This document shows, one piece after another, positions 33,885 to 47,149 of a stretch of 64,000 bases of DNA (the stretch's first letter is position 1; each line of letters begins with the position of its first letter). The notes below the pieces were generated by a model. That model saw nothing but the letters and a program-made list of their open reading frames with translations. It was not told the DNA's origin and made no database searches. This stretch comes from Octopus vulgaris (taxonomy: Eukaryota). The position numbers and the translations under genes are program-made. The stretch is from contig OX597818.1 of the NCBI GenBank assembly GCA_951406725.2, forward strand, positions 48,670,001-48,734,000, read 5' to 3'.

Positions 33885-34254
33885 TGCATCTGTGTTTGTT
33901 CCCCACTATCACTTGACAACCGATGTTGGTGTGTTTACGTTCCTGTAACGTAGCGGTTCGGCAAAAGTGATCGATAGAATAAGTACTAGGCTGACAAAGA
34001 ATAAGTCTTGGGTTCGAATTGTTCGACAAAAAAATGATGCTCCAGAATGACTGAAAACAAGTAAAAGAAAAAAAAAGTCGATAGGGAGTGATTTTAAAGA
34101 ATTCAGCTGTTATTTCTAGCAGGTCGAACGAACACATAGAGGTAGTTATTGCAGAAATAACACCACGTACATTCTTTTCCGCAGAAATGTTTTCCCTCCA
34201 AAATAAAATAACAATTATGTAATGATCTTGTTTTGTTTACGATATATTGTTGTC

Positions 34255-34271
34255 GTTATTATTATTATTAT

Positions 34272-34336
<65 letters not shown>

Positions 34337-34343
34337 TTATTAT

Positions 34344-34429
<86 letters not shown>

Positions 34430-34433
34430 TTAC

Positions 34434-34471
<38 letters not shown>
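34255..34471. repeat. (TAT)n/(TAC)n trinucleotide microsatellite
   Basis: Directly visible. Confidence 0.98.
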
Positions 34472-34472
<1 letters not shown>

Positions 34473-35041
34473 CCTGGTTGTAGTCATTGCTGCGACTGCT
34501 GGCAATGCTGTTCTTAATAGATCAGGCTTTCTGTATAATTTAAGCCATGGAAATATTTTTAGTTTCTTTTTCACCTTTTTTGAAAATTTATTCTATATTT
34601 TGCACCAATATTATTTTTTTAATATGATTATCTATTTTGAAATCATTCAGTGTTTTTTTAAAAATTTTAAATCTTTTTTTTCTTCTTCTTCTTCTCAAGA
34701 AGAGGTTACGAGAATGTTTTCTTTGCCTTTTTTCTAGGTGAAGGATAGGACATGTAAGAAAAAATTGTTCTCTAACCTATTTACTCAAATCTCACAAAAC
34801 AACACAGGAAAACAGTTTGTGGTGCCAAGTTACAATGCGTGTTTAGGCAAATGAAAAAAATAATAAAATAAAACGTAAAAAAGCAAACAAAAACATTTCA
34901 TGTCAATTCTTCATAAGTATGCAGATAAGTTAACGCAAAGGCATTGTTTCAAAATGACACACACATACATACATGCATATATGGATTCATACACACATGT
35001 TTACATGAATAATTCATAAAAGAGATATACACTATGAAAAA

Positions 35042-35179
35042 GGTGGCGAGGTGGTAGAAACGTTAGCACGCCGGGCGAAATGTGTAGCCGTATTTCGTCT
35101 GCCGTTACGTTCTGAGTTCAAATTCCGCTGAGGTCGACTTTGCCTTTCATCCTTTCGGGGTCGATTAAATAAGTACCAG

Positions 35180-35180
<1 letters not shown>
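35042..35180 (+). mobile_element. SINE family A, 5' part
   Basis: Head, B-box and core, truncated at (TA)n. Confidence 0.85.
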
Positions 35181-35211
<31 letters not shown>

Positions 35212-35413
35212 AGTAGTTGAATGAATTATCTTATTAAGGATAATTTGAATTAACCGATACCTGGGTAGCAAATTCACATCAGCAAAAACACAGTTGAAGT
35301 TACGTGCCTAGGGCATAGATTACGTGCTTTCGTGTGGAAATTTGTATGTTTATTTTGAAAATATAAATATATGAAAGAATGGAGCTGAACGACGAATTAA
35401 CAAAATTCCTTTA

Positions 35414-35496
35414 TTTTCGACATATGTTTCGAAGGCTGCATATTCCTAATTGCAAAGGAATAAGGAGTACATTATGCCGCTTTCTCATCAGGAAAA
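35414..35496 (-). ncRNA. Type I hammerhead ribozyme (inverted twin of 35546-35628)
   Basis: Reverse complement copy with intact core. Confidence 0.82.
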
Positions 35497-35545
35497 GCAA
35501 GGAACTTATTTTTTGTGCATTTTGATGTTGACATAAGTTCCTTGC

Positions 35546-35628
35546 TTTTCCTGATGAGAAAGCGGCATAATGTACTCCTTATTCCTTCGCAATTAGGAAT
35601 ATGCAGCCTTCGAAACATATGTCGAAAA
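35546..35628 (+). ncRNA. Type I hammerhead ribozyme
   Basis: TTTTC-CTGATGA-GAAAGC-[loop with TATTCCT/AGGAATA hairpin]-GCCTTC-GAAAC-atat-GTC-GAAAA. Confidence 0.85.
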
Positions 35629-36079
35629 TAAAGGAATTTTGTTAATTCGTCATTCAGCTCCATTCTTTCATATATTTATATTTTCAAAATATATATATAT
35701 ATATGTATGTGTGTGTATATGTTTGTGTGTCTGTGTTTGTCCCCCCAACATCGCTTGACAACTGATGTTGGTGTATTTACGTCCCCATAACTTAGTGGTT
35801 TGACAAAAGAAACCGATAGAATAGGTACTAGGCTTACAAAGAATAAGTCCTGGGTGTTGATTTGTTCGACTAAAGACTGAAATAAGTAAAAATAATATAA
35901 GAATAAAAGAATACCAGTTTGAGTCAAATTTTTTTGTATTTCAAGCTTTAATTGACAGTTCAAACAAAAGTGTTTTTTCATCAAAATATATCACATTATA
36001 TTCTATTGTCTGTTGCCAATCATTGTGAAAAAAGCTCAATTCCATGCTTATACCACTTGGCTGGTTTAGAGGCAAAACA

Positions 36080-36930
36080 ATCCCTGTACTCATTTTCAAC
36101 ATCATCCACATTAGTGAACCTCTGCCTGGGTCATCATTTCTTCGTTAGACACTTTGTCCATCCATGCTATCCTTAATATTGTCCTTAAGAAACACATTTC
36201 ACAGCTCTCCAAGCGTCTTCTCATTTCTGATGTTCCATACATTAACACAGGGTTGACTTAGCAGTTCATAAATGGATTTTGGTTTTGATGCTCAGAGTGC
36301 GGCTACTTAAGATGTTATACAATTTTGAGAATGCATATTTTACCAGTATTATTTGTCTTTTGATCTCCTTTACACACCTTGTGTCTTCAGTGATCAAACA
36401 TCCAAGGTAGTTGAAGGACGATACCTGCTTAATGATTTGATTGTTCCCTTTCAGCCTGCCCTTTGGGCTTCCCTTCTTTGTCTCCACCATACGTTCTGTC
36501 TTCTTGCAATTTATGAACAAACCCTTCTTCTCATCTTCTCTGACCAGTACATCCAGAGGTCTCTGAAGTTCCTTTTCCAATTCTGCAAGTAAGTCTGTGT
36601 CATCTGCATATCTTATGTTTGTGATGTTTCTGCCTCCTACCCTAAGACCTTTTTCCTTCTCCAGTTCTTTTATGATCAACTTCCTATAGTAATTGAAGAT
36701 ATCTGGTAACATAACACATTCTTATCTGACCCCTTTTCTGATACTATTGTATACACTGCATCCTTCTTTATGCATGCTGATTGGTTCCAATATGGGCCCT
36801 GCAAGATTCAGAAGTCTTTCCCTTGCAGGACAATGTTACCAAGTTCTTCAAATAACATGTCTTGCTTTCTTCAAGCCTTTGTGTAATCTATGAAACACAT
36901 GGAGATGTCTTTTTCCTCTCCACTGCTTGC
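36080..36930 (-). pseudogene. Degraded RTE LINE reverse transcriptase
   Basis: GLRVGGRNITNIRYADDTDLLAE, GLFINCKKT, VSSFNYLGCLIT..EIKRQI. A further N-terminal relic lies at about 37370-37570. Confidence 0.85.
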
Positions 36931-36941
36931 TCTGTTATCAT

Positions 36942-37345
36942 TCATCATCATCATCATCATCATCATTTAACGTCCGTTTTCCATGCTAGCATCGGTTGGA
37001 TGGTTCGACTTGGGTTTGGGAAGCCAGGAGGCTGCACCAGGCTCCATTCTGATCTGGCAGTGTTTCTACAGCTGGATACCCTTTCTAACGCCAACCACAC
37101 CGTGAGTGTAGTGGGTGCTTTTTACATGCCACCAGCACAGGTGCCAGGAGAGGCTGGCAACGGCCACGATCGGTTGGTGCTTTTTTTTACATGCCACCGG
37201 CACGGAAGCCAGTCATGGTAGCGCTGGGATCGGCCACATATGGATGGTGCTTTTTAGGTGCCAGGGTAGGCTGGCAACAGCCACGAATGTTTGGTGCTTT
37301 TTACATGCCACCGTAAAAAGCACCAACTGTTTGTGGCCGTTCCCA
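36942..37345 (-). mobile_element. RTE 3' UTR repeat with a short 5' inversion
   Basis: (CAT)n tail, four internal units; 37313-37341 is in the opposite orientation. Confidence 0.83.
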
Positions 37346-37589
37346 ATACAAAAATAGCATTCCTAGCACCAGCACCCTTTGCAAAGCCAAACTGTTCAAT
37401 TCCAATCTCAGAAGTCATTTTGTGTCTTGCTCACAGAAGTAAAATTCTCCAAATGATCTTTGTAACATGACTTATCAGACTAATTGTGCAATATTATTCA
37501 TAGTCCATAGCTCCTGATTTTTTGGGGGAATGCAATGAAAATGGATTTTCTCAGATCTTCTGAAAATTTCCTATCATCAATTCCATCAA

Positions 37590-38099
37590 CATCAAAATAA
37601 AAATCAAATGGAAATTGTAGTTGTGATACCTGTGCCAGTGGCATGTAAAAAGCACCATCTGAATGTGGCCGATGCCAGCGCCGCTTTGACTAGCTTCTGT
37701 GCCAGTGGTACATGACCTGCTGTGCTTGAGGAGACCTATTGAGTGAAGTACATCAACATCAAAATAAACATCAAATGGAAATTGTAGTTGTGATACTTGT
37801 GCCGGTGGCACGTAAAAAGCACCATCCGAATGTGGCTGATGCCAGCACCACCTTGACTGGCTTCTGTGCCAGTGGCACGTAAAAAGCAACAACTGATCGT
37901 GGCCGCTGCCAACCTCCCCTGGCACCTGTGCCGGTGGGAGATAAAAAGCACCCACTACACTCACGGAGTGGTTGGCGTTAGGAAGGGCATCCAGCTGTAG
38001 AAACACTGCCAGATCAGACTGGAGCCTGGTGCAGCCTTCTGGCTTCCCAGACCCAGTCAGACCATCAACCCATGCTAGCATGGAAAACAGACGTTAAAC

Positions 38100-38134
<35 letters not shown>
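37590..38134 (+). mobile_element. RTE 3' UTR repeat with an internal ~165-bp tandem duplication
   Basis: CATCAACATCAAAATAAA..TCAAATGGAAATTGTAGTTGTGATAC occurs at 37584 and 37751; (GAT)n tail. Confidence 0.85.
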
Positions 38135-38135
<1 letters not shown>

Positions 38136-38864
38136 ATATCCATATTGTAATGTTTATACTCATGAATATCTGCATGTATTCAGAGCTGTTCTGCAGTTTT
38201 TATCATTTGTTTTTTTGTTTTGCTTTTCAATGCTTTTGTGTTTGTAAAGTATTTTAATGTTTTGCTTGTGGGGGAAAAACCCCCCAAATAAATCAGTATT
38301 ATAGAAGTTATTATTTTTATTGCTGTTCAGCTTCTAATTGAGTATGATTAAGGTCAAAGGTATTCAAACAACTATTTTTTTGCTATATTGACTATTATGC
38401 CTTTCTGTTTCTTTTTTTAAAGGTGGTATTAGCTGCTATTTCTAGTAGATCAAATGAGCATGTAGAGGCACTCTTGTCAGCGTGATATTATTGATGTATG
38501 AATTTACTTCAGTATAAAAAATAATTAGGTACCAAATCCTAATTCATGGTTGAGTTATTAAGAATAACATACAAATTAAAATCAATGAAGACAAATTTTA
38601 CGCTCCAGTAATAATAATAATATTAATATTAATAATAATAATAATAATAATAACAATAATAGTAGCAATAGTAATAATAATAATAATAATAATTATTATT
38701 ATTATGTTTTAATAGACACCAGCTTAGAATAAAAACATGTCATACAAAAGGATTAGTAAACAAATGGTGATAGGGGGAATGTGTGTGTGTGTGTGCGTGT
38801 GTGTATGTGCATGCATGCTTGCATGTGTGTGTGTGTGCGTGCGTACGTGTGTGTGTGTGTGTGA

Positions 38865-39182
38865 AGATACATGGCTCAATGGTTAGAGTGTCAGGCTTAC
38901 TATATGAGATTTTGAGTTTGACTCCCAGACCGGGCTGTGTTCTTGAGCAAGACACTTTACTTTACATTGCTCCAGTTCCCTCAGTTCACTGGTGCCAAGC
39001 TGTATCAGTCTTTGCCCTTCCTTTTAACAACATTGGTGCTGTGCAGAGGAGAGACTGGTATGCATGGGCAACTGCTGTCTTCCACAAACAACCTTGCCTA
39101 GACTTGTGCCTTGTTTGTGTGTGTGTGGGGACTTTCTAGGTGCATACCCCACCCGATCATTCATGACCAAAGGGGGTCTTTG
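38865..39182 (+). mobile_element. SINE family C variant
   Basis: tRNA-like head and GTGTTCTTGAGCAAGACACT core; 3' part shared with 45047 and 55408. Confidence 0.75.
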
Positions 39183-39184
39183 TC

Positions 39185-39480
<296 letters not shown>

Positions 39481-39639
39481 TACATCCATTTCCCATGGGG
39501 TTGAATGGTTCATTTATGATGTTAGTGCTGTCTCAGTTTTGGCCAAGTTTCTACAGCTGGATGCCTTCCCCAACACAAACCACTGTTCAAAATCTGTACA
39601 CATTTTATCATTGTTAGTACATTGTTGTTTGTGACACAG

Positions 39640-40040
39640 TCATCTCATTTAAAATTCAAGTTTGATTGCAGCTGAGCTTGATAAAATACCTTGATTCGAT
39701 GCCTTTGTTGTTCATGGTATGCTGTCCTCATCTCAAAGAATACAGCAGCTGGAGATACCAGAACCTTTGCTTTGAACCTAAGGTTACATTTGTTAGAGGT
39801 GTCCAAAGACTTTATGGGCTATTTGCAATCAATTGGTGATACACCATCTTTGAGAGAGCAGGTGTTAGACAACACAGAACCAAAATAGGTGAAGAATGAA
39901 ACTTCTTCAACTAGATCACCATCGACAGTAATTTGAAGAAGTCTTCTGATAGTTCCAAGTGGATATTGTTCAAGAATATTTGCCTTTAGTCTGCTGGCAG
40001 TGAGGCCAAATGTCTCATAAGTGTGAACAAATACATTGGA
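39640..40040 (-). pseudogene. Degraded RTE (BovB-like) RT C-terminal fragment
   Basis: Translates to TFGLT...QITVDGDLVEEVSFFTYFGSVLSN. Confidence 0.65.
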
Positions 40041-40051
40041 GGTGGTTTGTG

Positions 40052-40618
40052 TTGGGTTGTCCGGAAAGTTTGTGCCGATTTATAGTAGCTTACCTTTCGA
40101 CTTATTTTAGAACATGGTTGAGTCCATAAAATAGGATTTGACTACACTTCCATTTAGAGCACAGTTTAAGCTATCTTTTCTTGGAAGAAGATTTATGTTC
40201 CTATAACCTGTGTTAATTCTGTAACCCTTCAAAATGGAAGATAAGAAAGTTCATTTTCGGCACTTGATGCTTTGGGAATCAGACAAAAATTGCTGCAGCT
40301 CGGCTGGGATGTGTTACCCCACCCTCTATATTCACCAGATATTGCTCCTTCGGATTTCCACTTATTCAGGTCTCTGCCGAATAGTCTTAATGGTAAAAAA
40401 TTTAAATTCCTTGGATGACGTAAAAAGATACCTTGATGAATTCTTTGTCATGAAACCACCTCAATTCTGGGAAGAGGGTATTTTCAAGTTAAAGGAAGGA
40501 TGGAGATGCATTGTGCAACAAAATGGTTCATATTTGGTTGATTAAAAATGTAATGGCAGGTATTTATTAACCTTCTTCTTTTCTTTAAAAATTGGCACAA
40601 ACTTTCCGGACAACCCAG
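40052..40618 (+). mobile_element. Internally deleted mariner
   Basis: TIRs TGGGTTGTCCGGAAAGTTTGTGCC / GGCACAAACTTTCCGGACAACCCA. MEDKKVHFRHLMLWE start is fused to GWDVLPHPLYSPDIAPSDFHLFRSL and the C-terminus. Confidence 0.92.
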
Positions 40619-40918
40619 TAGATTGAATTTAGTTAATGATGGAACAGACTTGTTGTTCGCATTCCAGCTCAGAGATTATGGTTGTTGATGTATGGATTCT
40701 CAGTTTAAATGTTAGGATCTGGCATCACATCTATATTGAATGTTTACTCCCAGTTTGAATTCATCACCACCACCACTGTCACCGCCACTGCCACCACTAC
40801 CATCATTACCATCATTGTTATCATTGTCATTCATAGTTGTTGTTAAGCCTGTGAATGGGAAAGAGAGATGAAAGAGATGAATGACTATCAGATGAGGGAA
40901 AAATGAACTTTTATCATA

Positions 40919-41083
40919 GGCGCAGGAGTGGCTGTGTGGTAAGTAGCTTGCTAACCAACCACATGGTTTCGGGTTCAGTCCCACTGCGTGGCATCTTGGG
41001 CAAGTGTCTTCTGCTATGGCCCCGGGCCGACCAATGCCTTGTGAGTGGATTTGGTAGACGGAAACTGAAAGAAGCCTGTCGTA

Positions 41084-41128
<45 letters not shown>

Positions 41129-41347
41129 GTGTGTGTTTGTGTGTCTGTTTTTGTCTCTCTAGCATTGCTTGACAACCGATGCTGGTGTGTTTACGTCCCC
41201 GTCAAATAGTGGTTCAGCAAAAGAGACCGATAGAATAAGTACTGGGCTTACAAAAAATAAGTCCCGGGGTCGATTTGCTCGACTAAAGGCGGTGCTCCAG
41301 CATGGCCGCAGTCAAATGACTGAAACAAGTAAAAGAGTAAATGAGTA
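40919..41347 (+). mobile_element. SINE family B, full length
   Basis: Complete head, TA tract and GAGTAA tail. Confidence 0.9.
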
Positions 41348-41954
41348 CCCATGCAAATCTTAAAATAGGTCTCCTCTAAGTTGAATTTCTTCACATTTGA
41401 ATAGCTATCAGCCATAAAAATTCTAGAGTCCATTTCGCAAGAAAGCTTGCACACTTCCTACGAAGATGCTGCCCTGGCCATAAATCTGTCAGTGCTGATT
41501 GGTTAAACCATATTTGATCGGTAGATGCTGGTGCCACATAAAAAAGCACCCATGCTGGTGCCATGTGGAAAGTTCTTGATGCTGCTTCCACGTAAAAAGC
41601 ACCCAGTATACTCTATGAAGTGGTTGGCATTAGGAAGGGCATCCAACTGAAGAAACCATGCCAAAAGAGACAATTGGAGCCTGGTGCAGCTCTCCAGCTT
41701 GCCAGCTCCTGTCTGAAAATCTAACCCTTGCCAGCATGGAAGGCAGATGTTAAATGATGTTGATGATGATGGTGGTAATAATGATGATGATGATGATGAT
41801 GATACCTTTTTTGGCAACCTTTTTATTCTTATGGTAATATATTAAGTTGTGATTCTAGACTGAGAAAATCTGAGAACTATGGTTTGAATCTCAGCCAGGT
41901 TCTCACTCCACTGTCCTCTGAGACACTACAGTAGATTAGTGTATTAAAAATATA

Positions 41955-42208
41955 AAATAAATGCGCCCTTTTAAAGCCTAGCCAGGCTCATGGGCCCGGT
42001 TTCCTGATTTCAATGGCGTATGTGTTCCCCAGCTAGATGGGACGCCAGTCCATCGCAGTGTTACTCATTTTTGCCAGCTGAGTGGACTGGAGCAACGTGA
42101 AATGAAGTGTTTTGCTCAAGAACACAACGTGTTGCCCAGTCCAGGAATCGAAACCACAATCTCACGATCATGATGCTGACGCCCTAACCACTAAGCCACG
42201 CACCTCCA
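41955..42208 (-). mobile_element. SINE family C, full length
   Basis: Reverse complement of 5000-5251. Confidence 0.88.
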
Positions 42209-43162
42209 CTGATTAATGTATTACCAAGTTATTTTGTTTCTCTAACACTCTTCCGCAATCACAGAATATATCAGTAATTCACAACCTATTAACCCTGTAT
42301 GTTTTAGAATTTCTCTATCTCTTCTGCTTTTCCTTAAAAGATATTGACTATTGCCATATACAAATAGAACTCACAAAAGCATTTCCTTGTATCTGTAACA
42401 ACCTTTTCCCTAACTATCATTCATTTTAAAATTTTATGACTTGGAACTTAAACATGTTTAGCAAATCTAACAAAGCTATGAATTAAGGATAGTTAGTATT
42501 AACTTTCTTTAACCTTTGTCTCTCTGATTTCCTGTTAAGATGTCCTACTTCAATAAAAACCTGCCAACAGGAAATACGATATGGCCTGGTAAACAAATAA
42601 TCTTCATTGTAAAAATCAAAACAGGATCATATAAACAGAATGTAATTAATTACTTTTGCTGTTGTTTCCTTGTGGGTTAGGTCTGACCAACCTGACTTAT
42701 AATCAAAGATATTTCAGACATGACCATATATCTCATCTTTTTCCTTTTCTTTTTTTTTTTTCAGACCTCAACATATCTAGGATTACATAATCCAATGTCT
42801 TTTCTTTTTCGAAGCCAGCATAGTGTGATTTGGGTGACATTTGACCACTGCTTTTAGTAGATCGAGTAACCATATAGAGCTCCTCCTCACCGGCTTTCAA
42901 CTGGATGAAATGTGAACAGGAAATAGAAAGGTAATCTCAGAGCATCATAGTAACGGAATTTCCTGCAGAAAGAATTTCAAAATGGGTGTGCTATAGAGAA
43001 ATAGCTTCCAAGAAGCTTCACTATAATTTCTCATCATGAAGATTAGCAAGAAAATGAAACTAAGACTGAATGAAAATGGGTGACATTTAAGCTTATGATT
43101 CAGAAAGTGAATTTACTGAAGTCATCAGAGAACAGAATAATAAAATAAAAGATCAATTATGT

Positions 43163-43163
<1 letters not shown>

Positions 43164-43198
<35 letters not shown>

Positions 43199-43645
43199 GT
43201 TTAATGTCCGCTTTCCATGCTAGCATGGGTTGGACGATTTTGACTGAGGGCTGGCGAACCAGATGGCTGCACCAGGCTCCAATCTTGATTTGGCAGAGTT
43301 TCTACAGCTGGATGCCCTTCCTAACGCCAACCACTCCGAGAGTGTAGTGGGTGCTTTTTACGTGCCACCGGCACGGGGGCCAGTCAGGCAGTACTGGCAA
43401 CAACCTCGCTCGAATCTTTTTACACATGCCACCAGCACAGGTGCCAATAAGGTGACGTTGGTAACGATCACGTTCGAATGGTGACCTTTTACGTGCCACT
43501 GGCATGGAAGCCAGTTGGCTGCTCTGGCAATGATCACACTCGGATGGTGCTCTTGGTACCCTACTAGCACGGGCACAAGTGCCAGTAAGGTGAAGCTGGT
43601 AACGATCACGCTCAAATGGTGCCTTTTAAGTGCCACTGGTAATGC
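43164..43645 (-). mobile_element. RTE 3' UTR repeat, about five internal units
   Basis: (CAT)n tail and repeated GGTGCTTTTTACGTGCCACCGGCAC-like units. Confidence 0.87.
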
Positions 43646-43973
43646 TAAACTATACTCTGGAATGAAATGCAACTGGAGGAATATTTTTCTTTGGAACTGA
43701 AGGTTTATTTTGAAATCGTTTTCTGTATAGAAGAAAATGGTTGACCCTTTTGTACAAGAAACTACTCTGAGAACTGTGGACATTATTAACATTGATGAGC
43801 TGATTGAAAGGAATTATGTTGTAGTTGATGTTTGTATCAATATGATAAACATTGAAAGTACAGTTACCTTGCATCATTGGAATTAATATGTAGTGATAAG
43901 ATGTTGCTGTGTGTGTGTGTGTATGAGAAAACAAATTCTGCTGAGGTTTTTTTATGCAAAAATATTTATTTTT

Positions 43974-44006
<33 letters not shown>

Positions 44007-44239
44007 TTAACAAATAAATGTTGTCATTACAATGGATGACAAAGAAAAGATGTTTACATAAGTAAATTTGAAATCTATATGAAATGTTGTTGGATCAGAT
44101 CATCATCATCATCATCATCATCCTCATCATCGTTTAACGTCCGTTTTCCATGCTAGCATGGGTTGGACAGCTCGACCAGGGTCTGGGAAGCCAGGAGGCT
44201 GCACCAGGCACCAGTCTGATCTACAACAACAACAACAAC

Positions 44240-44373
44240 AACATAAAAAAATACCTTAGGAATGAAAACCCAGGTTCGAAATTTCCCCAAGACACCTGAT
44301 GAAGCCGAAACGTTGTGTTACCAACAAACAAGATGAAGACAAATATCCATCGAATGTAAATAATGTAAATAAT
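44240..44373 (+). mobile_element. Short hammerhead-bearing repeat, copy 2 (stem II deleted)
   Basis: gacac-CTGATGA-agcc-GAAAC-GTT-gtgtt; homologous to 9114-9240; follows (CAA)n. Confidence 0.65.
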
Positions 44374-44389
44374 AAACACTTACATTACA

Positions 44390-45020
44390 AATCCGGCAGA
44401 GTATGCTAGCCTAATTCCTTTCTAACCTTCCTTCACATGTCCTCTGCATTCAGAGCCCACATGAGGAATTGCTGTCTGTATACAATGTTCCTTTCACTCA
44501 GAGAGAGAAACCTTTCATGGCCGACAGAGGTAGCATCTCTCTGAATTTCCTCCATCCTCTTCTTATTCTAGTTATCACACTCTCTGTGCATCTTCTCCCA
44601 CTACCACTTTGGTCCCCTAGCTGGCAGAAATTATCTACTACCTTTAACGAGCTATCAGGGCATTTGAGAGAATCAATTTCCCAAATCTCTAAAGTTTTTA
44701 AGGATCCTGTGCATCTTCCACATACAGAGACTATCTTCTCTGATAACCTTCTTATTTAATCCACTGCACCTCTTGTGTGTTCATACCTTACACTGGGTAC
44801 ACTGTATGGTGTTTCTGCCTACAAACTGAGCAGGGTAACCTACATGATAGGAGGTGGGTGGTAAGTCCTATCCTTGCTTACTAGGACCTTAGTTCTTTTT
44901 AAATTAAACTTAAGGCTTCTAGATTCCAGATTTTGCTTCCTCACCTGGAATTTCTCATCTAGCTTTGATATGGAATCTGCAATGAGGGCAAGATCATCAA
45001 CACATAGCAGTTCCCAGGAG
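44390..45020 (-). pseudogene. Degraded RTE LINE RT fragment
   Basis: WELLCVDDLALIADS...QNLESRSLKFNLKRTKVLVS; RRGWRKFREMLPL..KGFSL. Confidence 0.78.
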
Positions 45021-45046
45021 CACATATATATGTGTGCATATATATA

Positions 45047-45366
45047 TATGGTTAGAGCGTCGAGCTTACGATTGTGAGGTTGTGAGCTCGAATCCCAGAC
45101 CGGGCTGCGTGTTGTGTTCTTGAGCGAGACATTTTATTTCACGTTGCTCCAGTTCACTCAGCTGTAGAAATGAGTTGCGACATCACAGGTGCCAAGCTAT
45201 ATTGGCCCCTTTGCCTTTCCCTTGGATAACACTGGTGGTGTGGAGAGGGGAGGCCGGTACGCATGGGTGACTACTGGTCTTCCATAAACAACCTTGTCCA
45301 GACTTGTGCCTGGGAGGGTAACTTTCTAGGTGCAATCCCATGGTCATTGTCGTGACCGAAGGGGGT

Positions 45367-45368
<2 letters not shown>
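45047..45368 (+). mobile_element. SINE family C variant
   Basis: Reverse complement of 55408-55742. Confidence 0.8.
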
Positions 45369-45397
<29 letters not shown>

Positions 45398-45423
45398 GCA
45401 TATTTTTTTTTTTAAATTCAAAT

Positions 45424-45795
45424 AAAAAAAACGGCAGGAACTTAGTTGCCAACCCAATATATATATATATATATTGGTTTGGCAAGTAAGTTCCCGCCGT
45501 TTTTTTAAATTTTAATTTTTTTAAAGGTTTAAGAAAAAAATAACTAATTAATCAATAATGTATTCACCCTTGTTGTTTACAACTTCTTCCCAATTTTCAA
45601 CAAGATTTTCAGTACCTCATTGGTAGAAATCACCTGATTTCGACTTGAAAGATTGATCCAACCAAGCTCTGAATTCTGCATCAGTATTGAACAAAACTCT
45701 GTGTATAGAATTTGAAAGAGATTGAAAGAGGTGGAATTCCATTGGTGCCAAATCAGGAGAGTATGGCAGGTGTGGCAGCACTTCCCAGCCATTCG
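45424..45795 (-). mobile_element. Mariner 3' end (45474-45795) abutting an inverted isolated TIR (45424-45457) across (TA)n
   Basis: NGWEVLPHLPYSPDLAPMEFHLFQSLSN; TTGGTTTGGCAAGTAAGTTCCCGCCGTTTTTT versus AAAAAACGGCAGGAACTTAGTTGCCAACCCAA. Confidence 0.82.
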
Positions 45796-46417
45796 TCATC
45801 ATCGTTTAACATCCATTAAATATATATATATATATATGGAAAGAGAGGCGACAGGAAAATAAGAGAAAGTGAGAGATGGTTATATAATGTAAATGCATAG
45901 AGTTTGTGATGTTGAATTTCCCTGCCTTAAAACATGGAAACGATTTCTGTGTCATTCTTACAGTAATAGCATCCTCCCTATACACAGTGTAAATGTCTCA
46001 AATGACTTTGGTACTGTTGGAATCTTGACTGAAAGTAAGGAGAAACAGGTGTTGAAAATGCTCATGCTTTTTTTTTTGTCTTGAAAAGAAGTAAAATTTA
46101 ATCAAAATTTCAAAGTGATAAACAAAAGTTGTAGAATATCTTTATTATGATCATGGTGATCTTACATAGAATGAGACAATACAGGACAAACAAAAGACAA
46201 AGATGTTACATGAGTTCGCATAGTATAAATATTAAAAATTTACTTAAATAATATGTATTTTATATATCGTTTGAAAAAATTAGAACTTTGATTTAAACTG
46301 AAACTAAGTCATAGAAACACACGACAAAACGTTATGGGTCGCACCCCGCAGCCTGTAAGGCCCAGCAACGAACTGTAGACGAAGAATAAAGCTACAAAAG
46401 AAAGCGAAATAACATTA

Positions 46418-46852
46418 TCATCATCATCATCATCATCGTTTAACGTCCGCTTTCCATGCTATCATGGGTTGGACGGTTCGACCGGGGTCTGGGAAGCCAG
46501 GAGGCTGCACCAGGCCCAGTCTGATCTGGCAGTGTTTTGGATGCCCTTCCTAATGCCAACCACTCCGTGAGTGTAGTGGGTGCTTTTTACGTGCCACCGG
46601 CACAGGTGCCAGGCGAGGCTGGCAATGGCCATGATTGGTTGGTGCTTTTTATGTGCCACCGGCACAGAGGCCAGTCGAGGTGGCGCTGGCAACGGCCACA
46701 TTCGGATGGTTCTTTTACATGCCACCGGCACAAGAACCTCAACTACAATTTCCATTGATTTTTGATCGATTTCAATTTCACTTGCTTCAACAGGTCTTCG
46801 CAAGCAGGGTTTTGTGTCCCAAGAAGGAAAGGTATGCATAAGTGGACTGGTT
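46418..46852 (-). mobile_element. RTE 3' UTR repeat
   Basis: (CAT)n tail, three units, upstream AACTACAATTTCCATT segment shared with 37590. Confidence 0.85.
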
Positions 46853-47149
46853 AAGAAAATGGAGACTAGGAAGTTAATAAGTGCTCACTACTAACAGCAA
46901 ACTGATCATCCTCACCCACAGCCATCTCAACCGACACCCAATAACCATTAAATTTACATCAATGTGACATGAGCGCAATATTATCAGAGGAAAAAAGATG
47001 TACATTTGGTAAGAATATTTTTTGCATTTAATTCAAATAACTTTGGGAAGAAACAAAGGAACTTATCTGACAACTCAATATTTTCCTAGAAGATAAGAAA
47101 CCAACAAGTATATTATTTAGCACTGAGTTGGCCCCAATTGAGTTGACTT

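Larger units (their letters stand above)
35208..35691 (-). mobile_element. Non-coding fold-back cassette: 159-bp arms, 23-bp spacer, two hammerheads, ~140-bp unpaired tail
   Basis: 35351-35509 versus 35533-35691 nearly identical in reverse complement; (TA)n on both sides. Confidence 0.88.

Noticed and set aside
34215-34737. Poly-T/Y/L/V ORFs (and similar ORFs at 14412, 39064, 50584, 57892, 59084)
   Set aside because: Translations of microsatellites.
40234-40545. 103-aa ORF as a functional transposase
   Set aside because: An internal deletion removes most of the HTH and catalytic domain, and the conserved motifs lie in different frames.
46318-46410. Small CpG-rich island as an ncRNA or exon
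   Set aside because: No recognisable structure, ORF or splice context could be supported.
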